Part shown: piece by piece, positions 33,621-46,083 of the stretch | Layout: every line of letters begins with the position of its first letter | Numbering within the stretch: the first letter of the stretch is position 1 | Assembly (NCBI GenBank): GCA_028534125.1 | Contig: CM052818.1 | Span: 39,124,001 to 39,188,000, forward strand | Source of the DNA: Lama glama | Taxonomy: Eukaryota | Length of the DNA stretch: 64,000 nt | Direction of reading: 5' to 3' | Notes under the pieces: model-generated | What the model saw: only the letters and a program-made list of their open reading frames with translations | Database searches by the model: none | Told to the model about the DNA's origin: nothing | Made by a program: the position numbers and the translations under genes

Positions 33621-35234
33621 AGTTCTCCCCGCTACCCAGCACTGCCAGGTTTGCAGATCAAAGATGCAAATCTGAACTTGTCAGGCAATTAAATTCTGCC
33701 CACACTCACTGACATCCTCCGAGAGTGGGGGTGGGCGTGGGAGGGGGGTGAGGGGGTTCTGGGCTGAGTTCTGCTGTGAGAAAAACAGACATTAACAACG
33801 CCCAGTCCAGTCCGTGTGCTCAGGATGAGGCGACAGGAAGAGCTGTGTGTGGGCCCTGAGCCCAGCACACTGCAGGCTGGGATCTGGGGGCCCCATGACC
33901 CCAAGATATAGACAGGGCCAAGGTGGTAGCTGGAGAGACAATGGCCTTGAGACATCACGCTGGGGGTTTTGAGTATATGTTTATGTGGCATGGTTTGGGG
34001 AAGGGGGGCTGTGGGAGGAGATTGTGAGCGGCCTAAACACAAAGTCCCAACTGAAGCTGACCTCCAAGGCCCCCCGTGATGTGGACCCACTCGCTTCTGC
34101 CTTATCCTCTGATGGTCCCTCTCCTGCTGCTGCTGGGGTTACATCTGGTGATCAAATCTCCCAGGAAGGCCACCCCCTCTGCTTCCTGCTGTCCAAAGGC
34201 CATCCTGACAGAGGGGACAGGGGGCACTGACCACAGAGAGGTACTGGGGTGACCTGGACATGGTTTCTTCATTTGCTTAAATCTTGGCTGTCCCTCCCAG
34301 GCACACAAATTTGAATGCTGGCAGAAATAGTATGTTTGGTGTTTGCTGTAAAAAACATGTTCTGGGCTAGAGGTGGCTCAGCCTGGTCTAAAATTTGTTT
34401 AGTCTCTTTCCTCCCCACTTTTTTTTTTTTCAAACATATATCCAGGGTCTACTTTGCCCTTGCAAGACTGAAACAACTCACTTCCAAAGGCTGGAGGCCT
34501 TTGTCCATCCTCAGCCATGCCCGGGGAGGGGCGCTGAGCTGGGGCTCAGCCAAGGTGTGTAGAGAGAGCTGCTGACAGTGGAGGCGCCATCACCCCCACG
34601 CAGATGGACAGACAGAGAGACAGGCAGAGTTCAGCTTGTTTGGCCAGAGTCAGCATTGTTGCTTCCCGGGCAAGTCTTCTCAGAGCCCAGAGCTCCCAGT
34701 AAAGGAGTCTCCTCTCTCTGCCCAGAGGAGGCAGAATGTCTCCCCACGCCATCCCCCTGAGCCCCACAGTCAGGCTTGCTTGAGGCAGGAGGAGAGGGGG
34801 CCATCCCCACACATCTCTGCAAATCTCCTGATCTGGGGGGGCTTCTGGCAGAGCACAGCTCTGAAGAATGAAAGCAAGCTGCTTGAGATGAAACCAAAAA
34901 ATAACCAGAAAATTCTTCTATGTCCCACAAGGACATAATCCTCAGCTCTGTCTCAGCCCACATGCCCAGGGCAGGCAGGAGACTGGCCTCTTTAGGTCCT
35001 GGCCACCTATCACCAGGATTCCTTCAAGACTGACCTTGCTCTAGTGCTTCCAGAGCCCCATTCCTTGGCTTCTCCCCTCCCTAGAAGGGTCTCCCTCTGT
35101 CTGTCCAGCAGAGAGGCCTCATTTGTCCAGATCCCCAGGCAGTCCACTGTAGTGCTTATGTTGGCCTCATGTTTGTGCCATCCCCCTGGTGGGTACCCTT
35201 CTGGCCCTTAGAGTGCTTTCCTGGTAGCACAGCT

Positions 35235-35360
35235 TCATTCATTTATTTACAAAACAAATATTGAGGACCTACTATGTGCCAGGCACAGGACTAGATGCTA
35301 GGATGCCTAGAAGGACACCTAGAAACCCCACTTGCCTTGTGGGGCTCACATTTCAGGGAG
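35235..35360 (-). mobile_element. L2 3' end
   Basis: ttcattcatttatttacaaaacaaatattgaggacctactatgtgccaggcac. Confidence 0.8.
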
Positions 35361-35669
35361 CATTGCCAGGCCACCATGATGAGTTTTCACACAGGAGTTG
35401 GGGTCCCTTCTCTTTTTGGAAGCCCTGGGATTCTTATGCAAATGATTTCCCAGTTCCCAAGGGACCAGGTTTGCTGACCAAAGGGCCTAAAGAGAGGCCT
35501 GCCCTGGTCACATCACAAAAGGTTGCATTACCCCCTTACCCTGGGCAATGGGTGACCCCAGCCCCTATATTTACATAAGAGAGAGATCTGCCAAGTGGCC
35601 TTTCCTCTGAGGCAAGGAGGTGGAGTTCAAGGTGACTTGCTCTTTCCATCAGAGGGGAGAGGAGTGCGA

Positions 35670-35722
35670 GCGCGTGCGTGTGCGTGTGTGTGCATGTGTG
35701 TGTGTGTGTGTGTGCGCGCGCG
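35670..35722. repeat. Compound (CG/TG)n alternating purine-pyrimidine tract
   Basis: 53 bp of uninterrupted R/Y alternation, read directly. Confidence 0.95.
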
Positions 35723-36672
35723 GCAGCGAGGATTTAGGCTACTGGGAGCAGTCTGGTGAATTCTATGTGGATTTTAGGTGGCTTCTAAAAGGAGTCTATG
35801 AGTCTTCTACATGGATTCCATTAAGATCTCGTAAGGTTTTAGGTTCATCCACCTGACGTCTACACGGATCTTGTAAAGATTCTAAGAGATTTCACTGGGT
35901 CGAGGGCTGAAGCTCTGAAGTGAGAGCTGAATAAGCAGCCTCTGCCTTCAGCTGCAGCTCAGCCACCACAAATGGGCTCCCACCTCCTCTCCTCCATAAA
36001 CTACACAGCATTTCTTTTCTGCTGGGTTCCTTCTTTCGCCCTTTACAGAACCGATTTAACGAGATGAATTTAAAAACGAATAAAAGGAAAACCCCAGAGC
36101 AAACAGCACATGGCCAGCTTGGCCAGAGACACCTCCAACATCAAAGGCTCCGAGGAGCATCAAAGATGCCGCGGAAACAAACAAGCAGCGCCCGCCCCCT
36201 CCTGGGGCCCCTCGTTAGGCCCAAGGCGAGTGGCTTCTGAAGGCACACAGAATCGGCTGCCTTCCCAGAGGTAGCTTTCTGGTCATCAAAGCTCTTTCGG
36301 ATGCAGGCAGGTGGGTGGCAGCCCTTGCAGGCCCCACCCTGGCCTGGCCACAGTCACTTGCGGCCTGAAGGAGGCTCGGCTGCTCCCACGACTGCTGGCT
36401 CCTGGTCAGCTCCTTGCAGGTCCCCACAAGCCCCATTCCCCTCCCCTGGGTTGTGGGGACAGCAGCAGACAGGCCTCTGGTCAGGTCAGGCAGCCAGAGA
36501 GAAAGCAGGTTGGTGCTCAGGCCTGGGGCTGGGGCTGGGCCGGGAAGGAGGGAGGGCCTGGGCCTGGGGGTGGGGCCCGGCACTTCAAGGCCTTCTCCCT
36601 CCAAGAACCACGCCTCCTCTTCTGGCTTAATTCCAGCGTTTTTTCATTTCACCTGACTTCCTTCTAGGGCCG

Positions 36673-36860
36673 GTGCTGTCAGTAGAGTTTCCTGTGATGA
36701 TAGGAACGTCCTATATCTGCAGTATCTACAAGATAACCTCTCACCAAATGTGGCTATTGTCTGCTTCATTAAATAAACAAAATATTTGTTTAAAAAAATT
36801 AGTTCCTTAGGTCCAGATGTGGTCACAACCCACCGTGGTCCTCTGTCCCCCGCCAACGCC
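36673..36860. mobile_element. MER3-like hAT DNA transposon remnant
   Basis: gtgctgtcagtagagtttcctgtgatgataggaacgtcctatatctgc...atgtggctattg. Confidence 0.65.
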
Positions 36861-37711
36861 TGAGCCAAATGCCTCTTGCACGTGAAGCTTCCTTTTTTTC
36901 CCAGCACCACCCTCTCCCCAAAATAAATGAAAGAGGGAAAGGAAACCCGGGGGCAAATCTACTCGACCAAAAGGATACCCATGGAAACTCCCCGTTGGTC
37001 TCAGCAGTACGTCTGCTTAGGTGGGCCAGTCCCTTCCTCATCCTGCACATGGTCCCATTTCACTCCAACCCTAAGTGCAGATCGGGGGTCACTGCCAGAG
37101 CGGGACTTGCTGAGAGTCACTGGTCAGTGCCAGGGAGTCTGCCCCAATTTTCCACCTATGAAGCCTCGACATCTTCTACTCACCTGCGACTCTTGACCGC
37201 GAGGATGGGTGGGCATTATTTATTCCAATCACTCAAAGGACTTTTCAGCCCTACTCCTTCCTGCTTTCTGATGCATGTGTTCCTCCCTCAGGTGTGAGCA
37301 GAAGAAAGGAGGGTGGGGACCCACAGAGCTACCCCTCATCATGTCAAATGTAGAACTCGGAAGCTCCCCAGAGCTCTGTTCTGTTGTATAGCTGCCCCTG
37401 GGCTGCCGTGAAGGGAGTCTGGATTCTGGTTCCCTCTTTCCAGACCCCTGGAGTCCGCCCAGGAGGTCCTGGCCGCCACGGCACTATGGAGATATTGCAC
37501 AGCAAGCCCCAGGTACTTCCCCAGATCCCAAAGCTGGGCCCTGGGAGAGACCTCCAGGCCACCAGGCAGGTGTGGGGACAGGTACCTGCTCCTGGTGGCG
37601 CTGGCTGTGCTGGGTGTGGTGGCAATGCTGGGGGCAGGCAGAGGCCAGAATGGTTTAGCCCAACCTTACCTGTTCGGGTACTGTTCTGCATCCCCACACG
37701 TTTCCTGAGCT

Positions 37712-38740
37712 AACCTCAAGCTCAGAGATTCTTTCCTTGGCCGTGTCCAGTCTACTCATAAGCCCATCAAAGGCATTCCTCATTTCTGTGAGTGTTTTTG
37801 ATCTCTAGCATTTCTTTGTGTTCTTTCTTAGAATTTCCATTTCTCTGCCCATCTGTTCTTGCATGTTGTCTACTTTATCCATAAGAGTCCTTAGCCTCTT
37901 AATCACAGTTGTTTTAAATTCCTGCTCTGACAATTCCAACCTCCCAGCCATGGCTGGCTCTGATGCTTGCTCTGTCTCTTCAAATTGTGTTTGGTTTTTA
38001 TTTTTGATGTTTAGTATGTCTTTTAATTTTTCTTGATAGCCAGAGGTGACGTACCAGGTAAAAGGAATTGCTCTAAGTAGGTCTTCTGTGATGTGGTGGA
38101 GAGGTGGGGGTGGAGATGTTGGAGGGAAGTGTTCTATAGACCTGTGTTGGGTCTCAGACTTTTAGAGAGCCCAGCCCTCTGGACCCTGTTACTCTCTTTC
38201 TCCTCCGTTAACTAGGGCCGGATGGCTAGAGCAGACTGGAGATGGGTTTTTCCCTTCCCCCAAGTCAGTTAGGCTCTGATAAAGCCCTGGCAGGTTAGGC
38301 TCTGGTGAACTAGTTTCTCCCAAGGGCGGGGCTTGTTAAGAAGAACTTTCAGAATGGTTCCTTTTCCCTCCTCCCTCTGAGATTTTTCTCTGCTTTTTAC
38401 CTGGGACCTTTTGGAGATAAAACACATAAGTGTGGCTCCACCCCCATAACTGGGTCCCCACACCCCCAGAGTGTTTCTCTCCCAGCCTGGTCCTCCCTGA
38501 GCCTCCAGCAGTTCATCAGTTACAGTTCAAGTTTCCCTGCTCAACACTACTTCCAGTGGAGCTTTCTGCTCCTGCGCCGGTCTTGCCAGAATTCCCAAAC
38601 TCACTGGTCAGTCTCTCCACTGCTTTGAAGAATCTAAGAGTTGTTGATGTTTTCAGTTTGTCCAGATTTTCACTTGCTGGTCAGATGTGATGGCCACTTG
38701 TAGATTCTTCTGAGCTGGACAGGAAACAGGAAGTGCTCCC
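37712..38740 (-). mobile_element. Old L1 5' region (L1MC/L1MD 5'UTR-ORF1-like)
   Basis: caagctcagagattctttcc...gtccagtctact...ttcttagaatttccatttctctgc...gttgttttaaattcctgctctgacaattccaac is typical antisense L1M 5'/ORF1 sequence. Confidence 0.75.
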
Positions 38741-39009
38741 ACAAATTTATAGACACACATTTATGTATGTGCATTTTTTTTTCCTGGAAAGTGTCTATAT
38801 TTCAGCAGATGCTCTAGGGGACTCAGCCCTTTGTCACTGAGCCAGGTGACGGATAGAAGGAGAGCTTGGGATCAGAGCCAGGGTAGGTTGCAGAGTCCTC
38901 ACGTGGTTCCGAATTACTGCATGAACTGGATGAGAACTTGAATCCTATCGCCTCTCTAAAATGGGACAGTAACCTTTGTCTTGTGTGGTGAGTTAAAAAC
39001 ACGTTCACA

Positions 39010-39535
39010 GTCATGTTCACAAATCCTCTGACACGCTTCCCATCAAAAGGCAGAATCTAATTGCTATCCCCTTCTATATGAGCTGGCTTTGATGAGATGT
39101 TTTTAATTAACAGAGGCAGGAGTGAGACTGTGTGACTCCAGATTCTGTGTTAGAAAAGGGGATACAGCATCTGCCCACCCAAGATAGACACCCCCAGGAG
39201 CCCTGAGCCCACATGTGAGAAGTCTAGCTGCCCAGAAGTTGCCGTGCTGGAGAGACAGGAGGTGAGACTCCAGGGGGAGAGAGAGGAGCCCCAGCCGTTC
39301 TGCTCCCAGATATGGGGTCTTCCCAGGCTAGGAGCCAGGCAGGCGAGTGAGTGGCTTCAGATTACTTTCCCCCAAAGCCTTGGAGCTGCCCCAGCTGATG
39401 CCAAGTGGAGCAGATACAAGCTGGTCTCATGGAGCCCGCCTCACTTTGCATACTCATGAGCAAAATACATGTTGTTGTCATTTTAAGCCACCAAGTTTTG
39501 GGGTGGGTACTTATGCAGCACTGGATGATAACCCA
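39010..39535 (+). mobile_element. MaLR LTR (MLT1-type), apparently nested in a MIR
   Basis: ttcccatcaaaaggcagaatctaatt...gccccagctgatgccaagtggagcaga...ttgttgtcattttaagccaccaagttttggggtgg...atgcagca. MIR-like pieces flank it on both sides. Confidence 0.8.
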
Positions 39536-42439
39536 GCACCCTGCCCACCTTCAAAGGGAGTTGTAAGTATCACCTATCACAAAGGATACCTTCCACATGG
39601 TAGACACTCAATAAAACTGAATATATGTGACCTGAAAATCGGGCTGGTATGAATGACTGTTGGTCACGTGACAGGGTAACCTGGTCACTACCTAATGGAA
39701 GGTCTGTTTAGTTAAGCTAAGTCGCACAGGTTTTCTGGAGGTGCAGAGGGTGAGTCACCCCAAGCCAGCCAATAGTCTGATCCCTTGGAGGGGGGTGTGT
39801 CCCGGGACCAGAAACAGGCCCTGCCAGGGAAGCACCTATAGGAAGGGTATTCTTTTTCCTGTTGGCTGTTGGCCACCACGCAGTTCCCAGGAAGGGCTGG
39901 GGACACTGAGGAGGCTCTGGGAGCAGTGGGCAAGACTGGGCTGGGTGATTGTGGTCCCTGCGGGATCCACAGCCTGCCCTTCCACCATTTGGGGTCTATG
40001 CCTTCACCCCGAGGCCAGAGGCTCCCTCTGTGCAGCCTGTTATCCCTGAACCATCACACGTCTATTTGCTGCCCCCACTCCCTCATAAGCAGGAAGTCCT
40101 CCAGGGAGGGCCCTGTACTTTACTCATTTTGTATACCTAGAACATAATACACAGGCTGGCATGAGTGAATTGTCCAATCAATGTGTGTTGAAGGTCTCTG
40201 AGCATCTCACTGAGCAGCCCAGGACCAGGGCAGGGGGTGGCCGTGAGGTGAAATGGCCCCGCTGATGCTTGTTGTGCTGATGGCTGAAGGACCAGGGTGG
40301 GAGCCCCCAGCCCCACCCTCGCCCTCCCTGTGGGGAGAGAAGACCCAGGGCAGCACTCTCACCTCAGGCCGAGTTTGAAGGACCTGTCATGTGTGGTGCC
40401 CCATAGTCCAGGACCAAATCCCCTGGCAATAACCTGCCCAGCACTGCCAGTCCCATAGGATGGGGTCCCATGGCTGGGGCTCCCGCCAGCTCCCCGCCCA
40501 CTGCCTGCTCAGTCAGCTGCCTCCAGCCCCTTCCCTGTCCCAGCTGGTGGGTGAGGTTCTCCATCTTCCTGCCCAGCTGGCCAGACAAGCCACAGTCTGA
40601 TATCAGCTGTGACTGCTATTTTCCCAGAAGAGGGTTTGCCCAGATCCAGAACTTAGAATCCACGTGCAGACACTACCCAAGAAAAGGCTGAGTCCTCCAA
40701 GGCTCTTAGACCATAAAGGAAGCAACCCAGGCTGCCTCGCACCCCACCCCCAGCCTGCGTTTCCTATTAGACACAGAGCTTTACAGCAGGAAGGCCTGCC
40801 CGCCAGAGCCTCAGGGCCCGGCCGCTCCATCCGCCTGCCTGCCCTGGGCCTGGATGTCTGCCCGAGCATATGCGATTTAACTTGCTGCAGGAGAAATATC
40901 TATAAAATGTTAACTATCAACATAAAAGCAGCCTGTCAGGCCCAGGGCTGGGCTGATGGAGGGGTGCCCAGCAGCTGGAGCAGTCCCCACTGTGGAGGCC
41001 ACGACTCTAACACATGCACATCTCTCTTTTTTTATCCCCTCAATCCTTGACACAAGAACATGTCTGGAGACCTGATATCACAGCTACCCTGATGGAAAGG
41101 CAGGTCAGCTTTGTGCTGTGTGTCACAGCCACATCTCCGTGTCCACACCCACTCTGGAAGGGCCCTGGAGCCACATGCTCTGGAGACAGGGACTGCACCT
41201 CCGTGGGAACAGGGTGTGGTCCATAACTGGTGCAGCCCAAGTGCAAGTTGATTGCCTGGAATCAGCATTCACTCTGGGGTTTCTTAGTTGCAAAGGAAGC
41301 AAGGGAGCAAGGAAGCTGATGTCCCCTGGCCTGTGGCTGACAGCCCTCCCGGGGCCCTCCCTCCTGCCGGCATGCCCCAGACGATGAGCACCAGGGCCCC
41401 CAACCTCCCCTCAGGGTGCTGACCTGATGGCAGGAATTGGGGTCATCTCAACAGAACAGGTCCTGTAGGAGCTTTCTTGGTTCCATGGGGCCCTTCGTTT
41501 CTGCCTACCTGCTGCCTGGAATTGCCACAGAGTAATCAGGAGGGTGAAGTGGGTTTACAAGCAGGGAAGGGCTTTATCTCTCAGTCCAGCGCTGGCCACA
41601 AACCACAGTGATCCTGCCTCCTGCGCCCTCTTCAGTGCTGGAATGCAGGAGCTTTCGGAGCATCCTCCCCCACTGCAGCTGGAGTCGGTAACTCATGCCC
41701 AGGCCCAGGAGACCGGGCAAGACTCACTGGGCAGGCCAATGGGGCCCACTGTGCCCACGTGTCCTCATGTCATGAGATGGGATTTTCTCTTTCTTTCCAC
41801 GCTGCTCTCACCCTGCTTTCTGGGCCTGGCAAACACCTGTATCCCTGGCACATAACCATGCCAGGGTAAAAAGTGGGGCATTAAACTCAAGGCGAAGAGG
41901 AAGAGAGCGACTCAGCATAATTCCACACTGGCTGTAGGCTGATAGGTGGCTTATGATGGCAAATGAGTGGACCATTTATCTTGGAGACCCACGTCTGTGG
42001 GGTCTGCAGTCAGCTCCTTCCCTCAGGGCACATTTTGAGTGAGAATAGATGGAGCAGAATAGCTGACAACACAAGCCAGTGGTCGGGGACAAAGGGTCAG
42101 TGTCCTGCCAGAAGGGAGAAGAGAGAAGATGCTGAGTGACCACACAAGAGGACAGAAGAGAGGGGCTGAGTGGGAGGAGCTTGCTCCCTGTGACCTGCGA
42201 GAGTAGGGCCCTGTGAAGTCCCCCCAGAACAAGAGGGTCAAGGAGATGGAGCAAAGCTGCCGCAGCAGAAGCTCCTTCCCACTGAGGCCTCTGATGGGCG
42301 GGCGGACATGACCCTGAAATAAGGGACTGCTTGGGTTTGCTCCAGGTCCCTCTGTATGAGCCTGATGGACAGAGAGTAAGGTGTGCAATAATAATAAGAC
42401 CATAACAGCAGATGTGGGGGCTAGACATGGGGTGTTGGA

Positions 42440-42468
42440 TGCACACACACACACACACACACACGCAC
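42440..42468. repeat. (CA)n microsatellite
   Basis: Read directly from the sequence. Confidence 0.95.
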
Positions 42469-43185
42469 CGTAGGAACGAAGTGTGCGCAGACAGATGCTC
42501 CAGGCAGGGCAAGCAGCTACCACTGTGCACTCATTGTATCTCCACGGAGCCACAAAGGAAGAAGAGGATCTCTCTGCCTAGGGGGTGGGGGGGCCCAATC
42601 TGTCTGGGAAAGACACACCCCTGCCCCACCCCCACATCAGACACGGAGGGGACAAGCGAGTGTGAGTAAGCTCTAGACGGTGGCTGTGTCACCCTGGTCT
42701 GTGGTGTGAGTAATGGGGCTGATCAATGCCATGGGACACATAGAAGACACTCTAGGCTCATGAATCCCTCTTCTTGGCTTAGTGTGAATCACAGCCGCCA
42801 TTGGCCTGCCGTGGGCATCCACAGATTTTTGAGGCTTTTCTCCCTAAAGATTGTGATATTATCCGGCCGTCTGGAGTGAAGCCATTGAAATCCAACTCTC
42901 TCAGCCCATAACTGGGAGGCAGTGTCAGGAGAGCAGGAGAGTCTTAGTCGGGTCTGCCATAAAGTACAGAGGTGCTGTGGCAGAGGGGTCACGATTTAGG
43001 CCCAGGTAGTTGACAACGTCTCCCTGCCTGGCTGCTGGGCAGATTTCTGGGAACGGCCAAAGGGCGGGTCTGTCAACCCAGAGATGTAGATAATTGCTTG
43101 AAACTCTCCATTGGAAGACCCGCCCCCTCCAAAAGAGCTGAGTCAGCAAATAGAAGTGATGAGGCATACGTTGTGTAGTTGCCTC

Positions 43186-43236
43186 TGTGTGTGTGTGTGT
43201 GTCTGTGTGTGTGTGTGTGTGTGTGTCTGTGTGTGT
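43186..43236. repeat. Interrupted (TG)n microsatellite
   Basis: Read directly; two TC interruptions. Confidence 0.95.
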
Positions 43237-43774
43237 AGGCCAGAGAGGATGGAGAAAGGTAGATGACATATCCAGGGTCCCCTGTGCCTCAGGAGCACAT
43301 GGCCCAGGCTTATGCCCTTCTATGGTCAGAAGAGATTCCCTGGCCCTGCTCAGCACAGACAGGGAGAGGGGATGGGGAGGGAGGGACAAGTGCAGCCCCA
43401 ACACTCATAAAACCTCTTCATCTGAGTGTTTATGGGCCCAGGTCCCTGCAGTAAGCCTTTAAAGTCACAGAGCAGACTCCTGTGTGTTCATAAGATCCTT
43501 TCTGTCTGTAATATGCTGCTCCAGCAACTCTCCTTGGTCCCTCCCACATCACAGCCATTGGCAGATGGGGAAGCAGGGGGCTAGAGAGCCCAGGTGGCTA
43601 TCCTGGGGTGGTGGGGGCAGAGAGTGGAAGCTGTCCCCAGACGTGGCTTCTCCAGCCTCCCACGGAACTGCCAACTTCCCTGATTATCTTCTACACAACT
43701 CCCTGGCAGAGGGGATCCCAGGGTCCCTAAACTATGTCCCAGCTCCTCCTCATTCCAGGCAAAGTGCATGTGAG

Positions 43775-43974
43775 TAGAAGTGCCAGATAAAACACAGGTG
43801 GCTCCGGTTAAATTTGAATTTCCGTTAAGCAACGAGAAATTTTTTTTAGTCCAATTATGTCTCAAATATTGCATGGGGCATACTTGTGCTAAAAAGAAAA
43901 TCATTCGTTGTTTATCTGAAATTCAAATTTAACTTGGCATCCTGTGATTTTATTTGTTGAATCTGGCAACCTTA
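43775..43974. mobile_element. MER53 palindromic MITE-like DNA transposon
   Basis: tgccagat...gttaaatttgaatttc...aacga / ttcgttgtttatctgaaattcaaatttaac...atctggca form long inverted arms matching MER53. Confidence 0.88.
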
Positions 43975-44296
43975 ACTTGAAGGGAACCACAGTTATTGTC
44001 ACACGTCTTTGAGAGAGCCCTTTCTGTGTTCCAGGAGCTGGGCTGAGCCTTTGAATGTGTTCTTTCATTTAAACCTCACCATTACCACAGTGAAACAAAA
44101 AGTTTTGGAATTAGATAGAGATGATGGTTGCACCATATTATCAACTGCTGAATGGTTCGCTTTAAGATGGTTATTTTACCTGAATTTCATGTAAATAAAA
44201 TTTATTTTGTATTTATCTTAAAGCAAACAAACAAATAAATACTGATTTAAAATACTCTTAATATCTTTAAATAAAATCATAGATGCATACACATAC

Positions 44297-44535
44297 TGGT
44301 GCAGTGGCAGCCATTTTGTAGCTATGAGGGAATATGCCTAAGGACCAAGCCAGTAAGATGAAGAGGATGAGGAAAGATGGAAAAAACTTGGATCTTTGAT
44401 GACTTCCTTGAGTTGCTGGACTTCCCTTAAAGTGTCTTCTCCTGAAAAATTATGTTAGATAATACATTTTCCTCGTTGTTTTATCTACTTTCAATTTGAA
44501 TGTACTATTATTGCACCCAAAGCATCCCAACTTGT
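44297..44535 (+). mobile_element. MaLR LTR fragment (MLT1J/K/L-like)
   Basis: ggcagccattttgtagctatgagg...gaaagatggaaaaaacttggatctttgatgac...ttgcacccaaagcatcccaac. Confidence 0.65.
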
Positions 44536-46083
44536 ACAAGTATCAGAGACTTTCTTCTGATATAATCAGAAGAATTGGGTGGAGAAAATAAAAAAGAAAA
44601 AATTCTCACCATGTAATTTCTCATTATTTAAATCTATGTCAACTTACTATGTAAAATAATCTATTATACCACTCAAAGTCTCCAGTGATAAGCATTCTAC
44701 AGTTCGGGAAATAACTTTGTAGAATTATCACACCTACTTTTCAGATGAGAAAATAGCTGTGGCCACAAAGCTAAGAACTTCCTAATGAAACTCTGAATTT
44801 GCATGGTGCAACTGAAACTAAGTATTTCAGGGGAGGAAGAGCAGGTGGATTCTAGCCCCCAGCATTCCTTCCCTCTGAGGAACTCTGTCTGCTTCCCACT
44901 GACACCTCTACACTGGCCCCCAGGATATACCCCTCTGATGCTCTTTCTCCTGAGCTCCTGACTCAGCTGAGATGGGCTGGAACTCTTACCGATACCACGA
45001 TGAATCCTGAGTGAGATACACATAGAAACAGAGAAGCCACGAGTCACACACACAATTAAGCTCCCCCAGCCCACTTCCAAGCCACAGAAGTGGACAAAGA
45101 GCATTCTTGCCTCCCAGGCTCCCAGATCATTCCAGCCCCCACCCCAGCTTATATGTAGCTACTTCACAGACCGCTGGCCAGGGCCCTCAACTCCTGTTGC
45201 AAGCCTGCCTCCCCATAGAGGGTGACATCCTGCACCCCGGGACGTGAGGGCTGCTCTCCTTATTCTTGACCCCTTTGCTGCCCAAGCCAGGACTTTGGTT
45301 TTAACCCTGCACGTCAGGTCCTCCATACTCACCTCTCACCTCTCATCTTGTCCTCAGGGACCAGGCAGCGGCCGGCCCTCACTATCAGTTTTATGGTATA
45401 ACGACCCTTTAACTTTTCAGTGATCATGACCTTGGTCACAGAGCCAGGTAGAAGTGCTGGCCTGGCCTCTGAGAGGCAAGCTGCGAAGAAGCGGGGAACG
45501 TAGCAGTTACGGTGGTGATGGAGAGAGGATGCTGCGTGGTCTTTTTGGATCTTCATCAACAGGGACATCCTGTTTAACACAACTGTCTGCTGGGTTCCCA
45601 CTCAGTAAGTGAAAGGAGCCTGTGGTCGCCCCTCCCCTCCATTCCAAAGTCTTCCGGGATGTGCCTGGCATTTAGGGGACAGAGGACTTGCATTTGGCCC
45701 CAGGCTTCCCTCTCTGAGCTCCAAGTCTCTTCTTCCATAAAAAGGTTCTGATGAGTACCCTATGGGGGCATCCATGTGAAAAGGCTTTGTTCCTATACAA
45801 TAGCGACAAATTTGAAAATACATGTGAAAAAAGGTCCTCTTCCCGATACTTTAGAACTCACGAATTTTTTAGGACCAGTCCTAAAAACAAATGTCAGAGG
45901 CTTACAAGAAGAAAACCATAAAACTTAATAATGGATATAAAAGAAGTCCCAATAAAGAGGTATATATACTGTATCAAGAAACCTCAATATTATGAAGATA
46001 CCTATTGTGGAAATTATCTATAAAGTCAGCACAATGCCAGTAACCATCTCTTAAAATTTCTAATTAAAATTGACAGTGTTATT

